Under the pieces are notes generated by a model. The model was not told the origin of the DNA, made no database searches, and was given only the letters and a program-made list of their open reading frames with translations. The position numbers and the translations under genes are program-made. A stretch of DNA of 64,000 bases from Phoronis australis (taxonomy: Eukaryota; Animalia; Phoronida): NCBI GenBank assembly GCA_002633005.1, contig NMRA01000178.1, positions 696,410 through 760,409 of the forward strand, read 5' to 3'. The stretch's first letter is position 1. The number at the start of each line of letters is the position of its first letter. Below, in pieces: positions 11,978-26,500 of this stretch.

Positions 11978-14900
11978 GGTAATTCGTTAGGCTTGTAGAT
12001 TCTACCATAATCTGTGCTTGACAATATAGTCTATAGAATAATGACAATCGTCCTGAAGTTGACGTAAAAACAAAAAGCGTGTGTGGTTATATATGAGTTG
12101 ATGTATACGGTACACTGCTAATATCGATTTTCTAATGTGTTTGCCACTGTGGACAGGGGATAAGTTTTAAATATTGATTAGTTTTTGTTTGCATTCTCGT
12201 ATTTCGCAGTAATCGTCAATTAGCTTTCAGTCTTTAGAAATCTATCGTTCAAAATTAAAAATTAATGACAGCAGTTCAAACATATTAAATGTAAGTAGGT
12301 ACAATACAAAAAAAAACAACTCTTGCGCATTTTGTGACACTGCTCTATATTTTTCATTGTGAGGTTTTGAGTAAGGTATGGACAAATACAAAAATAACAC
12401 TTTTATTTGCGTGGATTGCGTTATCATCAGAAGTGAAAAGTTTACTTTGATCGTGAAGCTCATTTTACTTTTAAACACCATCGGTAGCTGACTGATCCGC
12501 CATCAACTTGTATGTCTGATACGCATCTCGTAATGTAAACAAGGGTTATTATATAAGATTGGGGAACAGCATTTTACTCCTTTACAAGAATGTGCGAGAG
12601 TGTTTGATGGTAGATCACGGTGTGATGCGCTTTCTTTTTGTTAGGTTTTGCATCTGGTACTCTTGGGTTTGTTTTATATTGCTAGTACATGTTCTACATA
12701 TGACCATTGGTCCAAAGTATATCAAATACCCGATAGTAAATTATCAAGATCGCTCAAAATTGGACAGGTTCTTGATTGGACAATCATAGGTGAGGTCAAC
12801 TCGTAGGCGTATGAAGCTGGGGACGACTTTGCACTCCAACAATTTGCAGGCGTCAGAAACCGTGTTGACTGGCAAAGGCTTAAGGCGGGGCCCGAAAAAC
12901 TTGTTGCATGCCAGTGCTGAATTTACCCTTGGAGGGTCCTGACCAGGGCATGTTTGTTAGATGTTGGGGGGGGGGGGGGGGGTTNTACCAGTTCATTTTG
13001 TGGGGCCTCGGTTGGAGGGTTTCCTAATGATAGAGTTGACTGCCTCTCATTTCCTGTATTTTCATAAATTTTACATTTTTTTTATGGTAGGGAGGGCTGT
13101 CACTATTTTCCGGTTCTTTCTCGGAAATAGAGCCTTTGCCTCCCTTTGAATCTGGCACTGTCAACTAATCACGAGGGGATGTAGGAACTGGTCGAAAAAA
13201 TGACTGTGTGACAGAACATTTCATGTGAAGCACCAAGACATAAAGCCAAACGTTAAAAACATGAGATTTGATTGAAAAAAACGAAAGCATTAACAGCCAT
13301 TGAAAGGATGAAAGTTTAAAGAGTCACTACTTTTGAATTACACAAAACCAACACTCTCGATGATTTTGTGACGGTGAAAATAGCGATATCTTCTATCAAA
13401 AATTTCATTTGAAGATCGTCATGAGATAATTAACCTTTGTTGATGAAGAAGGGTATAAAGTGGATTTTTTAGGAGACTCGCACCCGTCGGCTATTGTAAA
13501 AGAGTTAAAAGCGGCCCAAATGTATTCCAAATGGCTTCCATCTATGCGGCACTTACAAGCTGCCCACTTTACAATGGGCCTGCTCCGGAAGCCAGTGGAG
13601 TGAAAACTGTAATGAAATAACGGCATACGAGCCACTTCTTTGGAACCTGAAGCTAGACGTCATTTGAATATAGTCTTTCACATATAAATCTTGATGGGGG
13701 ACGGTGTGACCCTACGCTGAGATATCTCATCCACGATCTACCACCCTTCTGTATTCTGTGTCACACGTTCAGAGAGGAGATGGTCTAAGAGTACTATTAA
13801 TGTGCAGTGACTGTTCATGGTCTTGGCTTTAATTGTGCATGCTGGTCTTGTTGAGTCGAAAAATAATTTAAGATCTAGACGGATAAGAAAGTCTATCTTG
13901 GTCAGAAAAAGTGGCTCAGTTATGAACAGCGACGATGGGGTATAAGTTACCTAAAAATCTAGCACAGTCTCGTCACCACACCACCTAGTGTCCAATAGCT
14001 TCGGAAGATGGCTGCTGAGAGGAACCGGAAGTGTTAAGGTACTAATACTTTTCTGGTTGTGAAAATAAGAAATAATCAATTTGTGCCTTGCTTCGTTGGA
14101 ATAACGATGAAATATTACCATACTCATTTGCATAAAAATAGACTCGCAAAACGAGATTTTCGCGAGAAAGTAACTGGTTCGCGGAGGGTTTTCGGTACAC
14201 TGGAGGACCCGGTGTTGTTTGTAAATTAGTACTTCATTTGCTTATTAGCAATTCATTAAGACTATGCATCTTTAAAAGTAGCTTTAAAGTTGGTTGAAAA
14301 TTGTTATTAAAACCTAAGAAAATTGCCCAAGAACTGTTGGTCGACAAAATAACACCAATATTCATAATGAAAAAGTCGTAGTTGAAAAGGTATAATTTTC
14401 CCAAGGTACATGTAACTGTTGATACAAAAAGTTCGTTTTTCGGCATTTGACTATTTGATTTGTGACGTCGTGCTATTGCTGACGTACATTGTACGTAATC
14501 ACTAATTAATCGATTACATAATGGACCTACAGATGGCTACCAGGAAATTAGAAAATTTGCTTGAAGGTATAACATTGTATTTAGTGGGGTGTGTTAGCTG
14601 TATTTCTCGTTGTCTATTGAGAATGGCTGCATTTACGTGGAGCTTCATTAGCGTCTATGTTTTGTTCGGTAAGGAAGACCATTGTACAAACACCGTCGAT
14701 GAAAAATGGTTAGCCGAGGTATTGGAGGCTGCCATTGCCCTCAGTGAAGCAGAGCCTGACATTGGAGTGAAGGAAATCTACTATGGATATATAAATGACT
14801 TGCGTTGCTATCAGCGTGAGGTATTATGCCGAAAAGAGGCAAACTGCACAACGCACAAACCAAGCACCCCCATCGAGTATTTCGTCAAGTCAGAATGATT

Positions 14901-15921
14901 TGAACAAGTAATCTCAGAAATTCAGATCTATCAATTGCCCGGCGTCTACAAATTACAGCATTTGTGTAAGAAGAGAGTTTGGTTAACGAAAAATTACAAG
15001 AAAATTGACACTATAAATACAAATTCTTTACGACGAACAAAGGAGATCGGAAAGAAAAATGTCTAAATCTAAGGCAAACCGACAAGAAAAATATGAACCA
15101 GTGTTGATGTAGTGGGTTTGTCCCAAAGAATTAGTGTGTATATCATGATATCAAGGGGCGGATGTAAATATTAAAAAATGCGTAATAACATAATTAAGAA
15201 ATTACCTTATGAATTCAGCCTATACTTCAAAACTAGCATTAGTACTAAAACTTTCTTAAATCAAAATTTTACGTTTTGCCTCAGAAACGCTGCTAGGATA
15301 CCTAGTTTTCTCTTACCCATCGATATATGAATAAGGTCGCTGTTTTTTTTTACAAAAATGTCAAGTGTTTTGCGTGTTAATTTAATGCCATGAAACCTGA
15401 AATACCCGGTAAGTGAATAGTCAAAAATTCTTAACGACGTTTTTGAGACATACATAAAGTTTTCATTTCAAAAAAGGTTTAATGAAATCGACTTAGGGCT
15501 TATTTTGCTATGTACCTTTCTTGCACAAAAAATTTGAATTAAAAAACTTGGTCACGTGACAATAATACACAGTAGTAAGAAGACATTTTTAGAATCCTCG
15601 ATCTTTCTCCTTCCAGAAATTTTTAATTAACTTTCAATAGTTGACAAAGCCCAGTTTTTTATATTTGACTTAGAGATCAAATCGTGCGTTTAAGACCTAG
15701 ATAACCTTGAACATTAACAGAACACGACAAATTATATTGCTCTTAGTTAAAACTTCTAATATCCAGACACTAATAATTTCTTTTGAGGCACAGGGTTTAG
15801 TTGAGACCAACGTTTATTAATTTGGCCACCGCTATGACGACAAATAGGAAAAGATCCTTTGCCAGCCATTTACACCAAAGTCACAAAACTATGAGAGACT
15901 CATTTGATACTGGAAACCTTT

Positions 15922-16008
15922 CAGGGGCGGATCCAGGATTTTGAGTTAGGGGAGTTTTAGAGGGGGCATGGCTCCCATGCCCCCCCCTCCCTTCTAAATC
16001 CCCCACTG
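15922..16008. mobile_element. Short CAG-terminated MITE (hAT-like termini)
   Basis: CAGGGGCGGATCCAG ... CTAAATCCCCCACTG imperfect TIRs; related GGCGGATCCAG...GGACCCCC sequence at about 6933-7076. Confidence 0.55.
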
Positions 16009-16319
16009 ACTTCAGTCTAACTGTTTCTCGGCTTCTACGAAAAACCAGCTTCTAATAGAAATCTAGCTTTTGTTACAAACTTTAGAGTATTTGGTGAAGT
16101 GATACAAGTGGAAGACAATATCCTCAAGTTATTCACGGTCAGGTATAGATCTCCCTTCAAATACGAAAGCAGGCTTTAACATTCCATTGGAAAAACTCAA
16201 TGTGGTAACTGAACGAGTCTGGCGTCGTCTCTGTAACTAAACAAAAGTTTGCCAAATTTCATCATGATGAAAATAAATCAAGGAACTCTTAAGATATAGA
16301 GACAAACGTAAAACACAAT

Positions 16320-17195
16320 TAACACAAGGGACACAGCTGTAGTCCGATTGGTCTGAACTTCATCGTCGAACACCCTTCAAAGGTTAATGAAATACAGCCG
16401 GAGATGCAAAAAAAACAAAATTGCTTGTACACGGGGGGCCAGAATAGTCGAAAACATCCCCAACCAACGTCAGCCGAGGTGTTCGCATCAGAAACACGTA
16501 ACCGTCAATTTAATTATTGTCCTTTGAGTGGTTTGGCAACCAGAGTGGCAGACTTCAAAAGCCTTCCTCGAAAAAAAATTGAAATGGCCACCAAATGGTG
16601 CAGAAAACATCGAATCTCCTCCCGGCGAAAACAGTGGGAAGACGTTGTCGTCTCCTTAATAGAAACCTAGTGCCGAATTTCATGACCGAAATCTGAGGAT
16701 ACAGAGGGAAACGTAAAAAAATTATCTCGAGGGGGCATAGTGGTATGCAGTGGATTAGTTCGACATTTCGACGTAGGCCTACGGTCCGTCCTCGCGCGGC
16801 TCCATGCCGACATGATGCATCTTTCAAATTTTAGTAAGTCCGGGGCTAGGATATTCGATTGCAGACTCAAAAAAAATCACTGCTAGGAGGTACCGAACAC
16901 GGTAGAAGGACCCCGGGTTCCGAAACTCTTTACTCGTGGCCGTTTCATCAGTAATACAGATAAGGATGAAGGACGCACTCGCCGGCAAATAAGGCCGCTG
17001 AAAAATTAATGGCCACAACTAAAGACGTGGTGCAAAAATCCGAAATCTATCACTCAAAAATGGGAAGGCGTTGTCGTCCCCTTAGTAGCAAGTACCTTTT
17101 TTGTCGAATTTCAGAAAATAATATTAATGAAATTTGAAAAAATGAAACGGCAAACGTAAAAACTTGAACTTGACGAGAGCAGGCCAAGTCTCAAT
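16320..17195. repeat. Probable non-autonomous element with an internal degenerate direct repeat
   Basis: ATGGCCAC...TGGTGCA...TGGGAAG.CGTTGTCGTC.CCTTA...GAATTTCA occurs at about 16584-16682 and about 17009-17112. No supported ORF; the element boundaries are approximate. Confidence 0.5.
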
Positions 17196-17399
17196 AAGAA
17201 GCATTGTGATTTATAGCATGAGCCAACCAAACCCGGAGTGGAAGTTCACGTTCAGCCATGATGCTGTTTGCACTTTCACAACAGAAAACTGACGACTTAA
17301 GCTGGGATGTGCACAATGATCAAAGAAGGGCCCGGGGACCGTGTTACGGCTACCACTGGGTCTACTCACACGAAGAACTAAACAGGTTATAAGCTCGTC

Positions 17400-17553
17400 A
17401 CTAGGGGGCGTTGTTGCGCAACTACCATCGTGCAGCATCATGGGATTGATTTGTCGTCAAAACAATATGGCGGACGTCTAGAAATTCCAGAGGAGAGATT
17501 CGGGCCATGTCACGAATATTTTTTCAAGGAGTCCAAGACCTGTCTCGCCAAAA
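17400..17553 (+). promoter_or_regulatory. Candidate CEP126 promoter/5' leader
   Basis: CpG-enriched segment just upstream of the inferred start, with X-box-like GTTGTTGCGCAAC (17410-17422), a ZNF143-like GCATCATGGGA core, YY1-like AATATGGCGG and two short upstream ORFs. Motif matches are imperfect. Confidence 0.4.
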
Positions 17554-20500
17554 ATGAAGATTCTTAGATGTTTTTTAAATAGGTAGTGAAGATGTCTGGC
17601 GGTTATTCGTATCCTTTATGATCCTGGAGCTCTTCTTATACCAAAGATGTGAATGCCTGCCAGTTTCCATCCTGCTAGAGATTCTTAACTTAACGTCACT
17701 TTATTACTAGTTAGGAGTGGGCAGTACATCTTCTTGTCTCAACCACTGTAGGTCAGTTAGCTCAGAGTTATATTTTGTAGTCAGAGGGCCCAGAGCTATA
17801 TATAGCCAGTGTGCCGAGAGCTGTATATAGCCAGTGAGACCAGAGCTGTAAAAGCTTTAAATTATAAAGCAGGTCCGAGAGCACTTTTGTGGGGCAATTT
17901 AATTTAAAATTTTGCACTTTATTCATAGCACTGGTGTACACTTCAAAATGTAAAAACTTCCTGCCGTTAAAGTTGCACATTAATGCGTAATGTGCCAAAA
18001 ATTTTGGTGAAAATTACTGTGCAACTTAAAACGGGGAGACATACTTATAATGAAGTACAAATAATTTCATTTAATCATACAAAAGTGTGTTAATTGCCAG
18101 GGGAAAGTACTCAGTTACAAAATGTTCTCGTACAGCTCAGGGCTCACTGGTTATTACACCTTAGTGTATATTATAGCAGAACACACTTGATGATTTAAAT
18201 TGACAGGAACCTAGGTATAATGTAGCAAAATGTTGTGATTTTAATCAGCGGTCCTTTCACATCATCCAATGTGCATCTGACTGCAGCTTAATACATGATT
18301 ATTTTGCTATGGACATATTTGCTCATTGGCAACTGATCTCTCTTGTGACGTGTGTGTCAATGTTTCATGTGTTTAAATTCCTTAATGGCCCACCAGTAAC
18401 AGATACCGAACATCAGACAGAGAGGTCTTTGACTATGCCACTGAACTGAGGCTACAAGAAAAACATGATGCCATTGCGAGAAACAGGAAGCTTTCTGCAG
18501 AGACAAATAAGAGACGGAAGTAAGGAATATTTTTCTGGTGTACTTGTTCATCGTTTGTTCAGATTTTCACGTAACTTAATTCTACTAATATGAGACATTC
18601 TTTACTACAAATCAGTTGAAACTCCCTAGTATTCTAAAGTTGAAGACAACGAGGGTCGCTTTACTGAATATGTGCCACAAATGGAACATGAACCCTACCT
18701 GAAGAAATACCTACGTACAGGTAATCACAAGAGTTCTTCTACAAACCATGAATATACCTGCATTCAGGTAACCACAATATCCATTAAAATGTCTTTATTC
18801 AGGTAATCACAAAGGTCCTACCTGTAGAAATGTCTAAATTCAGGTAACCGTAAAGGTCCAGCCTGTAGAAATGCCAACATTCAAGTAGTCACAAGGTTCT
18901 CTTGTGACACAAATGCTGATGAATGACTTTGTGCCCTAAAGAGATACTTTTCGCCGTCCAGTGAATAACAATTTGCCCATTATTGAATGCTTTGCTGGAG
19001 TACTTGACATCCTCAGGAATATAACTGTTGCAAGGCATTCATCAAATTATTCCCGATGATAACAGTGTGGATTCTGGTGTTACTTTTATTGTCGTCAGCC
19101 TTGTGCTGCTTAAAATGGCCAACTTAGCCCCTAGCCATCAATGTAGAAAGTTTTAGGTCAGTCACACTCAATCTTTTCATCTGAGTTTGAGAGTGATCAC
19201 AGACTGGCATGATACTGGAACAATGGTCTCGTCCAGTGGCAAGAACGCATCTGCCTTCTGTTGGCTTGGAAAGAATTAAGTTCATTGATGCTGGAGAGTA
19301 TGCATGATGAAGTGACATCATAGGCTCGTTGTTTTTGTCAGGAAATTTGCGGACTCATATGCTGAATGCTATGGGTTACGGGCTGTTATTGTGGTACTTG
19401 AATGGACACATCATGCTTTTGTATTTCTGACCAGGATACTGGCAAATAAACGGAAAGTTGAAGCTCAGCGAGAGGAGAAACGCAGACAGGAAATACTGTC
19501 CAAGAGAAGGGAGCAGCAGAAATTTGCCACAGAACGCTTCCAGCGAAGTCATGTGACTAAGAAGAAACAGGACATTTTCTACACTGGTAGGCATATGTTT
19601 GTTAATGGGTGGTCTGGCAAGTGCAAAGTGCCTTGGAAAAGTGAAACTGCTGTTTTTTTTTTTAAATATTTATGAGATTCGATTGGCTGATTTATAATCT
19701 CTTCTATTGCAACATTCTTGTATGGATTTGATGCAGTGGGATATTTTCCAAATATTTCTTTCCTTGTGGCCCTCATGCCATCAATTCTGCCACTGCTGTG
19801 CAATGGGATATTAAAAAGTCACACAAAAATGTCCAAAATCACAAAACTTCCATGAATGAAAGGAAAATTTGCAATTTGTACTTGTCCACTCCCTCTTGCA
19901 GACCAGACCTTGAAGAAGAGTCGAGTGAAATTAACTCTTGTGCATTCATAATGCTAGTGTTGTGTATAGACTGTTTGCTATTAAAGGTGTATTGAGTCCT
20001 GTTTAAGTTTAATATCTCTTACCTTGGGACATCCTGTTTCACGCAGTGTTGGAGTGTCGAATGTGGTGATTTAATTTTTTGCAATCTGTCACACATAATC
20101 GAGTTTCTGTCTGTGCACGTTTTCTTAATTTGCACGGTGGTCGAGTTAAATGTTTCTAAAGAAACATTTTAGTTAGTTGATGTGCTTTTTTCGTGCTGTG
20201 TTTTAGATTCGATTCCAAGGCGTGCGGTAAATCTCGAGCCCACCCCCGCTTTAGAGGATGCCCTTCATGCTGTCAGAGGGAGTGGTCACACACGTCAGAA
20301 CAGCCAAGAATCAAACCCCTGCAACAACACAGTGGTACCAACAGACAATCCCACCAATAAGCTTTATTATCACAAGTACGGCGCATACATTCCACAGCGG
20401 ACTCCGGACAGAACCAAGCAGCATATGAAGGAGATCGCGGACAGGACTGAACTGCACTATAGAAGCCTTAGTAACCTTAGCAACAGTCGGAGTTTGTTTG

Positions 20501-23500
20501 AGAAGCAGTTGCAGCAATCTCAGCAACAGTTAGTGGTCCAGCATCAGCGTGCACTGGATGATCTGTCTGCTGCTGCTACACTAGGCACTGAGGAGGAACA
20601 GTATGAAGAGTTCAAGGGGAGCAATGAGAGCTTGTGTAGTGCTGATAGCTTGGATAGTGGAAAGGATAGTGTGGAGGAGAGGCTGGTGAGTGAACCAGCT
20701 GAGACTTACAGGGCAAATGACGCGGAGCATTGTGCCGCGCGTAATGACAATGATGTCCTGTTGGAGGATGCTAATGATAGTGTGTCTGATATCTTAGAGG
20801 AGGTGACACCTAGTGTAAAGACGGGCATAAATACATCGAATACAAACGGTAATTGTAATAGTAAAATGGGAGCGTATTGTGTTAATAAACAGCAGACTAC
20901 TGAGGCTGGGTTGGAGAGTAGGCAGGCTGGGTCAGCCAATGTACTCAGTAGAAGGACTCAGATGCAGAGTAATAGTGTTATGTCTGATGGCAGCCGCTCC
21001 CAGCTGAAGACTGTTGATAACCTGGCTTTGAAGGCCGTCAATAGAGACGTGGGAGTCAAACCAACAAACAAAGCATGGTCAACGCCACCACCAGATGTTA
21101 TTCCGTCCCAAAAACTAAAAGGTACACTGAAAAAGTCTACCCCTGTGATAAACAATGCAAGAACTGTGGCAACAGCCATAACTGAGGCAAATGTTATGAA
21201 CAAGCTCATCAATGGTGCAGTGGTGCCCTCTGATGATAGTCCCGGTGCTGTTGATTTTAGGTCTTCGTACACAATTAGTTCTAAATGTGAGCCGGTTGCT
21301 TCACATCACTGGACGAGCCAGGTCACATCTCTAGCCAGCCCCCTGCACAAGGTGAGCTCAGAACCAGTCATTTGTGCTCACCCAGAGGACAAGGATGAAG
21401 ATGAGAGTTCTTCCACACAAAGTGCCCCTGAACAAGAACTTAAAGGTATACTGAAGCGGCCTCAACCAAGCGAGCGACGTACCGTGTTCACACGACAGGG
21501 TTCTATGAGTTCCCCAAACATCCGGGACAGCATTGAAGTGACCAAGGAACACCAGCACGGAAAGCCGGTTTGTTATTTTGTCGTATAATTGTTTCCTTAT
21601 TCAATTAGTTGTAGATTGTTTAGAGCATTTCTGTGAAACATGGCGGGGTTTATTTATTGTGAAAAGTAGTCTATCGTACCTATGAATCAAACCACACATA
21701 AGTCATCTTCATTGTGGAGAACATTTAGCACACATATCCAAAATGAACGATGATCGGGCTAAATAGTTGAAAATGAAGCTGGTCAAAAGTTGGGTCAAAT
21801 TGAATGCTTGTATGACCTAATTTGGTAAAATGTTTCCCTTTCTTGTTGAAGTTCATGTAACAACTAGATCTGATATACTTATTACTTCAGTGATGACATT
21901 TGGACTGTGTTCTTAATGCCAACACGAACAGTGTATCTCCTCTGCATGCTCACTGGCTCTTATCATAAGTCACATGCATGGTTAATTGTTGGCCTTGTTG
22001 CAAGGTGCAATTCTAAAAAGGCTTGTTTAATCCAACACCAGGCTAGCAACATTCATGATCACATTATCATCATATTCCAGAAATTTATTTTGCTCATAGA
22101 TCGTGAGAGTGGACATTTCAGCTTTAAGAAGGTCATATTATTAATTGGAAATTTGACTTTTTTGTGTAGGAAGTAACCCTCCGTGTCTGACATATAAATA
22201 CAAATGGTCGGGAATGTAAGTGCTAGCAAAGTACTTGGTTTAAATATAATCCCACTATTCTTCTAATTCACCACACAAAGGGTTTGTCATTTACGCTCTT
22301 AATGCTCTTCAGGTGCGTCACAAGAAGTCGGTCAGGTTTGCTGACAATCATCACGAGAGGTTCATAGAGTCTGACCTTACCTTGGGACAGATGGAGACTA
22401 AGAAACCTCCCATTGTCTCCATTCCAGCTGCTGTTCCTCGACCAACACCCCCACGGATGACAACTCAACAGACCCCTGTCGTAAATAAAAAACCACCTCG
22501 ACCAGTTTCAGCAAAGGTTTTTGTTACTTATTTTTGAGACAATCTTTGTTATTCACTTGTTAATGACGTGGCTAGACATATGGAAGTTGCTTTTAATAGA
22601 CAATGGAATTTTCATTCACTTAATTTCTTAAATAGTTTTAGGTTTCATATCAAACTCTATGTGCATGGCTTAGGCTTTAAGTAATGTCTAAATGCAAGTC
22701 AAATTCCTACACTGTTTATTTCTTCTCACAGGTTATTTTAGCAAAGCGATCTCTGGTCAAATTGATCAAGATCATTGCATATGTGCGGAGTCAGGTCATC
22801 CTCTGTTGTATTACAGGTAGCTACGGACACTAGAGAGGCGACATCCAGACCTGCCAGGTCGGCTAGTGCTGGCACTGTCAGGCCAGGACCAATGTTAAAA
22901 CCCAAAGCTGGGTCACCAAAGACCACACAGAGGACTGTGTATGCAGGAGAGGAGGAGGAGGCGGAGCATACAGAGGTCAAAGTTCAGCAAAATGGCAGTC
23001 AGCCTATGTACAATGATAGAGGCCTGAGGTTAGATAAGACACCAACTGACGATGAAATTAATTGGCTGTGGGAGAAAGTGAGGACGTGTCTCAATCGGTC
23101 AACATCGAGCACGTCAGGGGATGGTGACTCTCAGCCAATCCGAACTCACCCTGCGCAGGCGCATTCCAATCAAATATCTGCCAACTTCACAGATAATAGT
23201 CATCTCAATATGAATGGAACATTTCCTCGGCGACGGTTGCCTAGTGATAATGCCCACAGTAATGGTTCCTACGTCCAGAGGCGACAGGCTGCGGGTCAGG
23301 GTAATGCTGGCCAGTTACGCCCTACTCAAGGCTCTCACAGACCACAACACAGTCACCATGAGCCTATGATGTCACACAACCATGATGGTAGGTGTATTGT
23401 GTCAATACATGGCTCACTTTTCTGTTCAGTCAACTCAACATTATTTAGATGATTAAGATGAGCTCAGGCGATGACCTCAGGTGGTGACCTCAGGTGGTGA

Positions 23501-26500
23501 CCTAAGGTGGTGATAACCTCAGGCAGTGACCTGTGGTAATGACCTCAGAAGGTGTCCTCAGGAGATGTCACTGTTGACACTCATTACTGTGTCATTCTGC
23601 TGTAGGACTGAGATTGATGTGTTACGTATGCTGATTATGTAAACCCAAGTCCCATGGTATGGAACAATTTACAGTAAAGCGGCTAGCCATAAATATTGCC
23701 CAACTCAGTATTTTGTGTAAGTCAGTTCCCAGCAGTTCAGGAGTATTCGAGTTAGTGGTAAATAATTTTTAACAGTCTCAACCTTTCATAATGCATGCAG
23801 TTGAAATTCATGATTAGACTGATATTTTCTAATCTCATTACTTGTATGTTTCTACCTTGTTGTGTTACTTGCAGTCAGTGAAAGTATGGCCGCCTTCTTG
23901 ACTGCAGAGGCAATGGCACAGAAATCTGCCTCAGAGGCTGAGATCCAGCAGGCCATGGATGCTGCTCAAAACAGACAACAAGCTCAGTTAGCAGGACGAC
24001 CTTCATACCATGGTATGGTGGTAGGGGACACTAGCCTGTGATAAGCTCTTGTTTGCTTACTGGGCATTCTTATTTCTTCAGGCATTCTTTGGTTGTGTCT
24101 ACAATGCCGTGTTTTGTTTGAACCACACTCCTCAGTCTGCGCATGTCATGGCACAAGCTGAAAAAATGTCGCCACAAGTGGTTGAGGCTCTTCTAAGCAC
24201 GGTTTTCTGCAAAAACCTGACTCGTTTTTGAAAGAAAATTTGATTGGCTAAACAGCCTAATGTGCCGTGAGAACTGTCTCTGCCATCATAGTTTGTATTT
24301 TAATGTATTGCATGAGATGCTACAAATCTACTTTTTATCAGGTCTCTGAATGATTCTTGCTGTTTGGAATATGAATAGCACAAACTGCAAAGTACATATC
24401 AATAACCTATAATGATCATCACATATGGTCTTAGCTGTTGCTTAAATTGGCTTGCATATCATGAGTATGTACAAACGTGGTAACGCACAGTAACCATCAT
24501 GAACGTCATATAACTACATTATTACTTAGCTTCATTCCATACTGAGTTGTTGTCCTTTGTTGCAGTGCCATCAGCCTTGTCTATTGAAGAGCAGAGACTC
24601 ATGCAGTCTTTAGATAGACTCAACGAAAGGTTACGAGGTATGTTAAACTTCAAAATCTTACTTTGGGATTGCTTGACATTCAGATTGCTTCACTTGTCGA
24701 CTGCATGCCATATTTTGAATGTTTTGGCACTACATATTACATATATAAGGATTCTGCATTTGTGCTTTAAGATTTTTTTCTTCAACGTTATGTAGAATGT
24801 GTGCAGTTCACTAGACAATTATGCATTGCTTATTGTGTTTGAATACTTTTTACACGGCACAGTCATGTACTTAATAACCCACTTGCCTCAATTTCAAGTG
24901 GACAGCAAGTTCAGCATATAATAATGTGTTTTTATTATTTCAGTTACAGATATTACTTCTGGTAATCAGCCCTTGGGAACTCCATATGTAAGTTAATATC
25001 GAAAGCCAGGTAGAGTTCAGTAATGCCAGGTTCTACTTTGGCACCTCGCTAAAAAGCAAGACTTAGTGAGATTACGACAGATATTGCCATGTAGTTCAAA
25101 TGACAATACATAATTTTGGCTAGATTTTTCTAGCCTCGAGACAGCTGCTGAACTCTACCCCAGTCTCTCCCTTTGAGATGCTCATAACTGCTTGTTTACA
25201 ACCTTTTTGTTTAACATATGTTGTACTGCTGGAAACACTGCACAAGTCATGTGAGTGCATGTTGAGTCCTGGGATTTTCCTTGTTTTCCTTTACCTTGAC
25301 CTTTTCTAATTGTCCGTTGTCATCTCTGGTTTGGGTGTTATGCTTGTCTGTGCATCTGACTTCTCAACAACTGGGCTGTGGTTTTTGAATTGGAATTGTT
25401 ATTGAACTACGGAATACACTAACAATGTTCACTCCATGCGTTTCACTCATTGTCATTTACTCCATGGTCAACCCATTGCTTGATGTCACCAAAATAACGA
25501 TTAGTAAGGATTTTACGAACAAGACAAAGTGCTTTTATAATTATTTAAAGTTTAACATTCTTCTCAATTCATTTCCATATGAACATTTTGCCATAAATCA
25601 TGCCCCAGTTGTTTCAATACTCTTATCCCGTGTCCTCACTTTATCACATTGTCTGTCTGTTTGTCTGTTTACGTCATTGTTTTGGCCACGCAAGTCCATC
25701 ATGGCAAAGGTCTGTTTAGTGGAGCCAAGTCGGCCTATCACAGTAACCGTAATAAATAATTTTATCCCCTGCTGGTAATTCTGTAGCTTGCTTTCCTAGT
25801 GATATGTTGGCCATGACAATTGTCTAAATAATTCTTAAAAATATATTTTGAATGGAAAATTTGTATCAACTGGGATACATATTTTGCCCAAAAAGTGTAG
25901 CAAAATTAATTTTTTTCTGCGTTTTAAGGATTGTGTACCTTGCTACAAAGAATGAACTTTGTTCTAGGTTTTGTTTTCTGTTCAGTGTATTGCACAGACT
26001 ATTCCAACAAAAGAGCATTCCTATTGCTGTTTATTGATGTCTGGGAATTTGATGAAATAATTGCTCCACCCGTCCACCATTTTGTGTGCTAAGTAGGTGA
26101 ATACCGGTAGTTGTACCCGTTTTGTAGAAGGGATCTTGGAAAGCCATAAAATCAGAGGTGCTTCATTGCTAGACATCAAATAAATCTGGTCGAGAGCTCC
26201 ATGGCAGCATTGCAAATGAATGCAATTTTTGTGAGAAAGGCAAAAATTACCTGTTTTATCAGATTTTTAAATTAATAATGTTATGGAAGAATGATGCTGG
26301 AAAGAGTTGCAACCAGTCTGTTGAAGAGACCATCGTGTCAGTCCTTTGATGTTGACTTGAAAACTAATTGTCCAAGATCTGATTTGTCACTTTTAACCCC
26401 CACCAAGTAATAATTGCACTGGGGAAAGTGTCTTGCTTTCAAATTCATTGATTCAAACGTTTGCTTTAAATATTAATAACCAAGCACCTATTAATGAACT

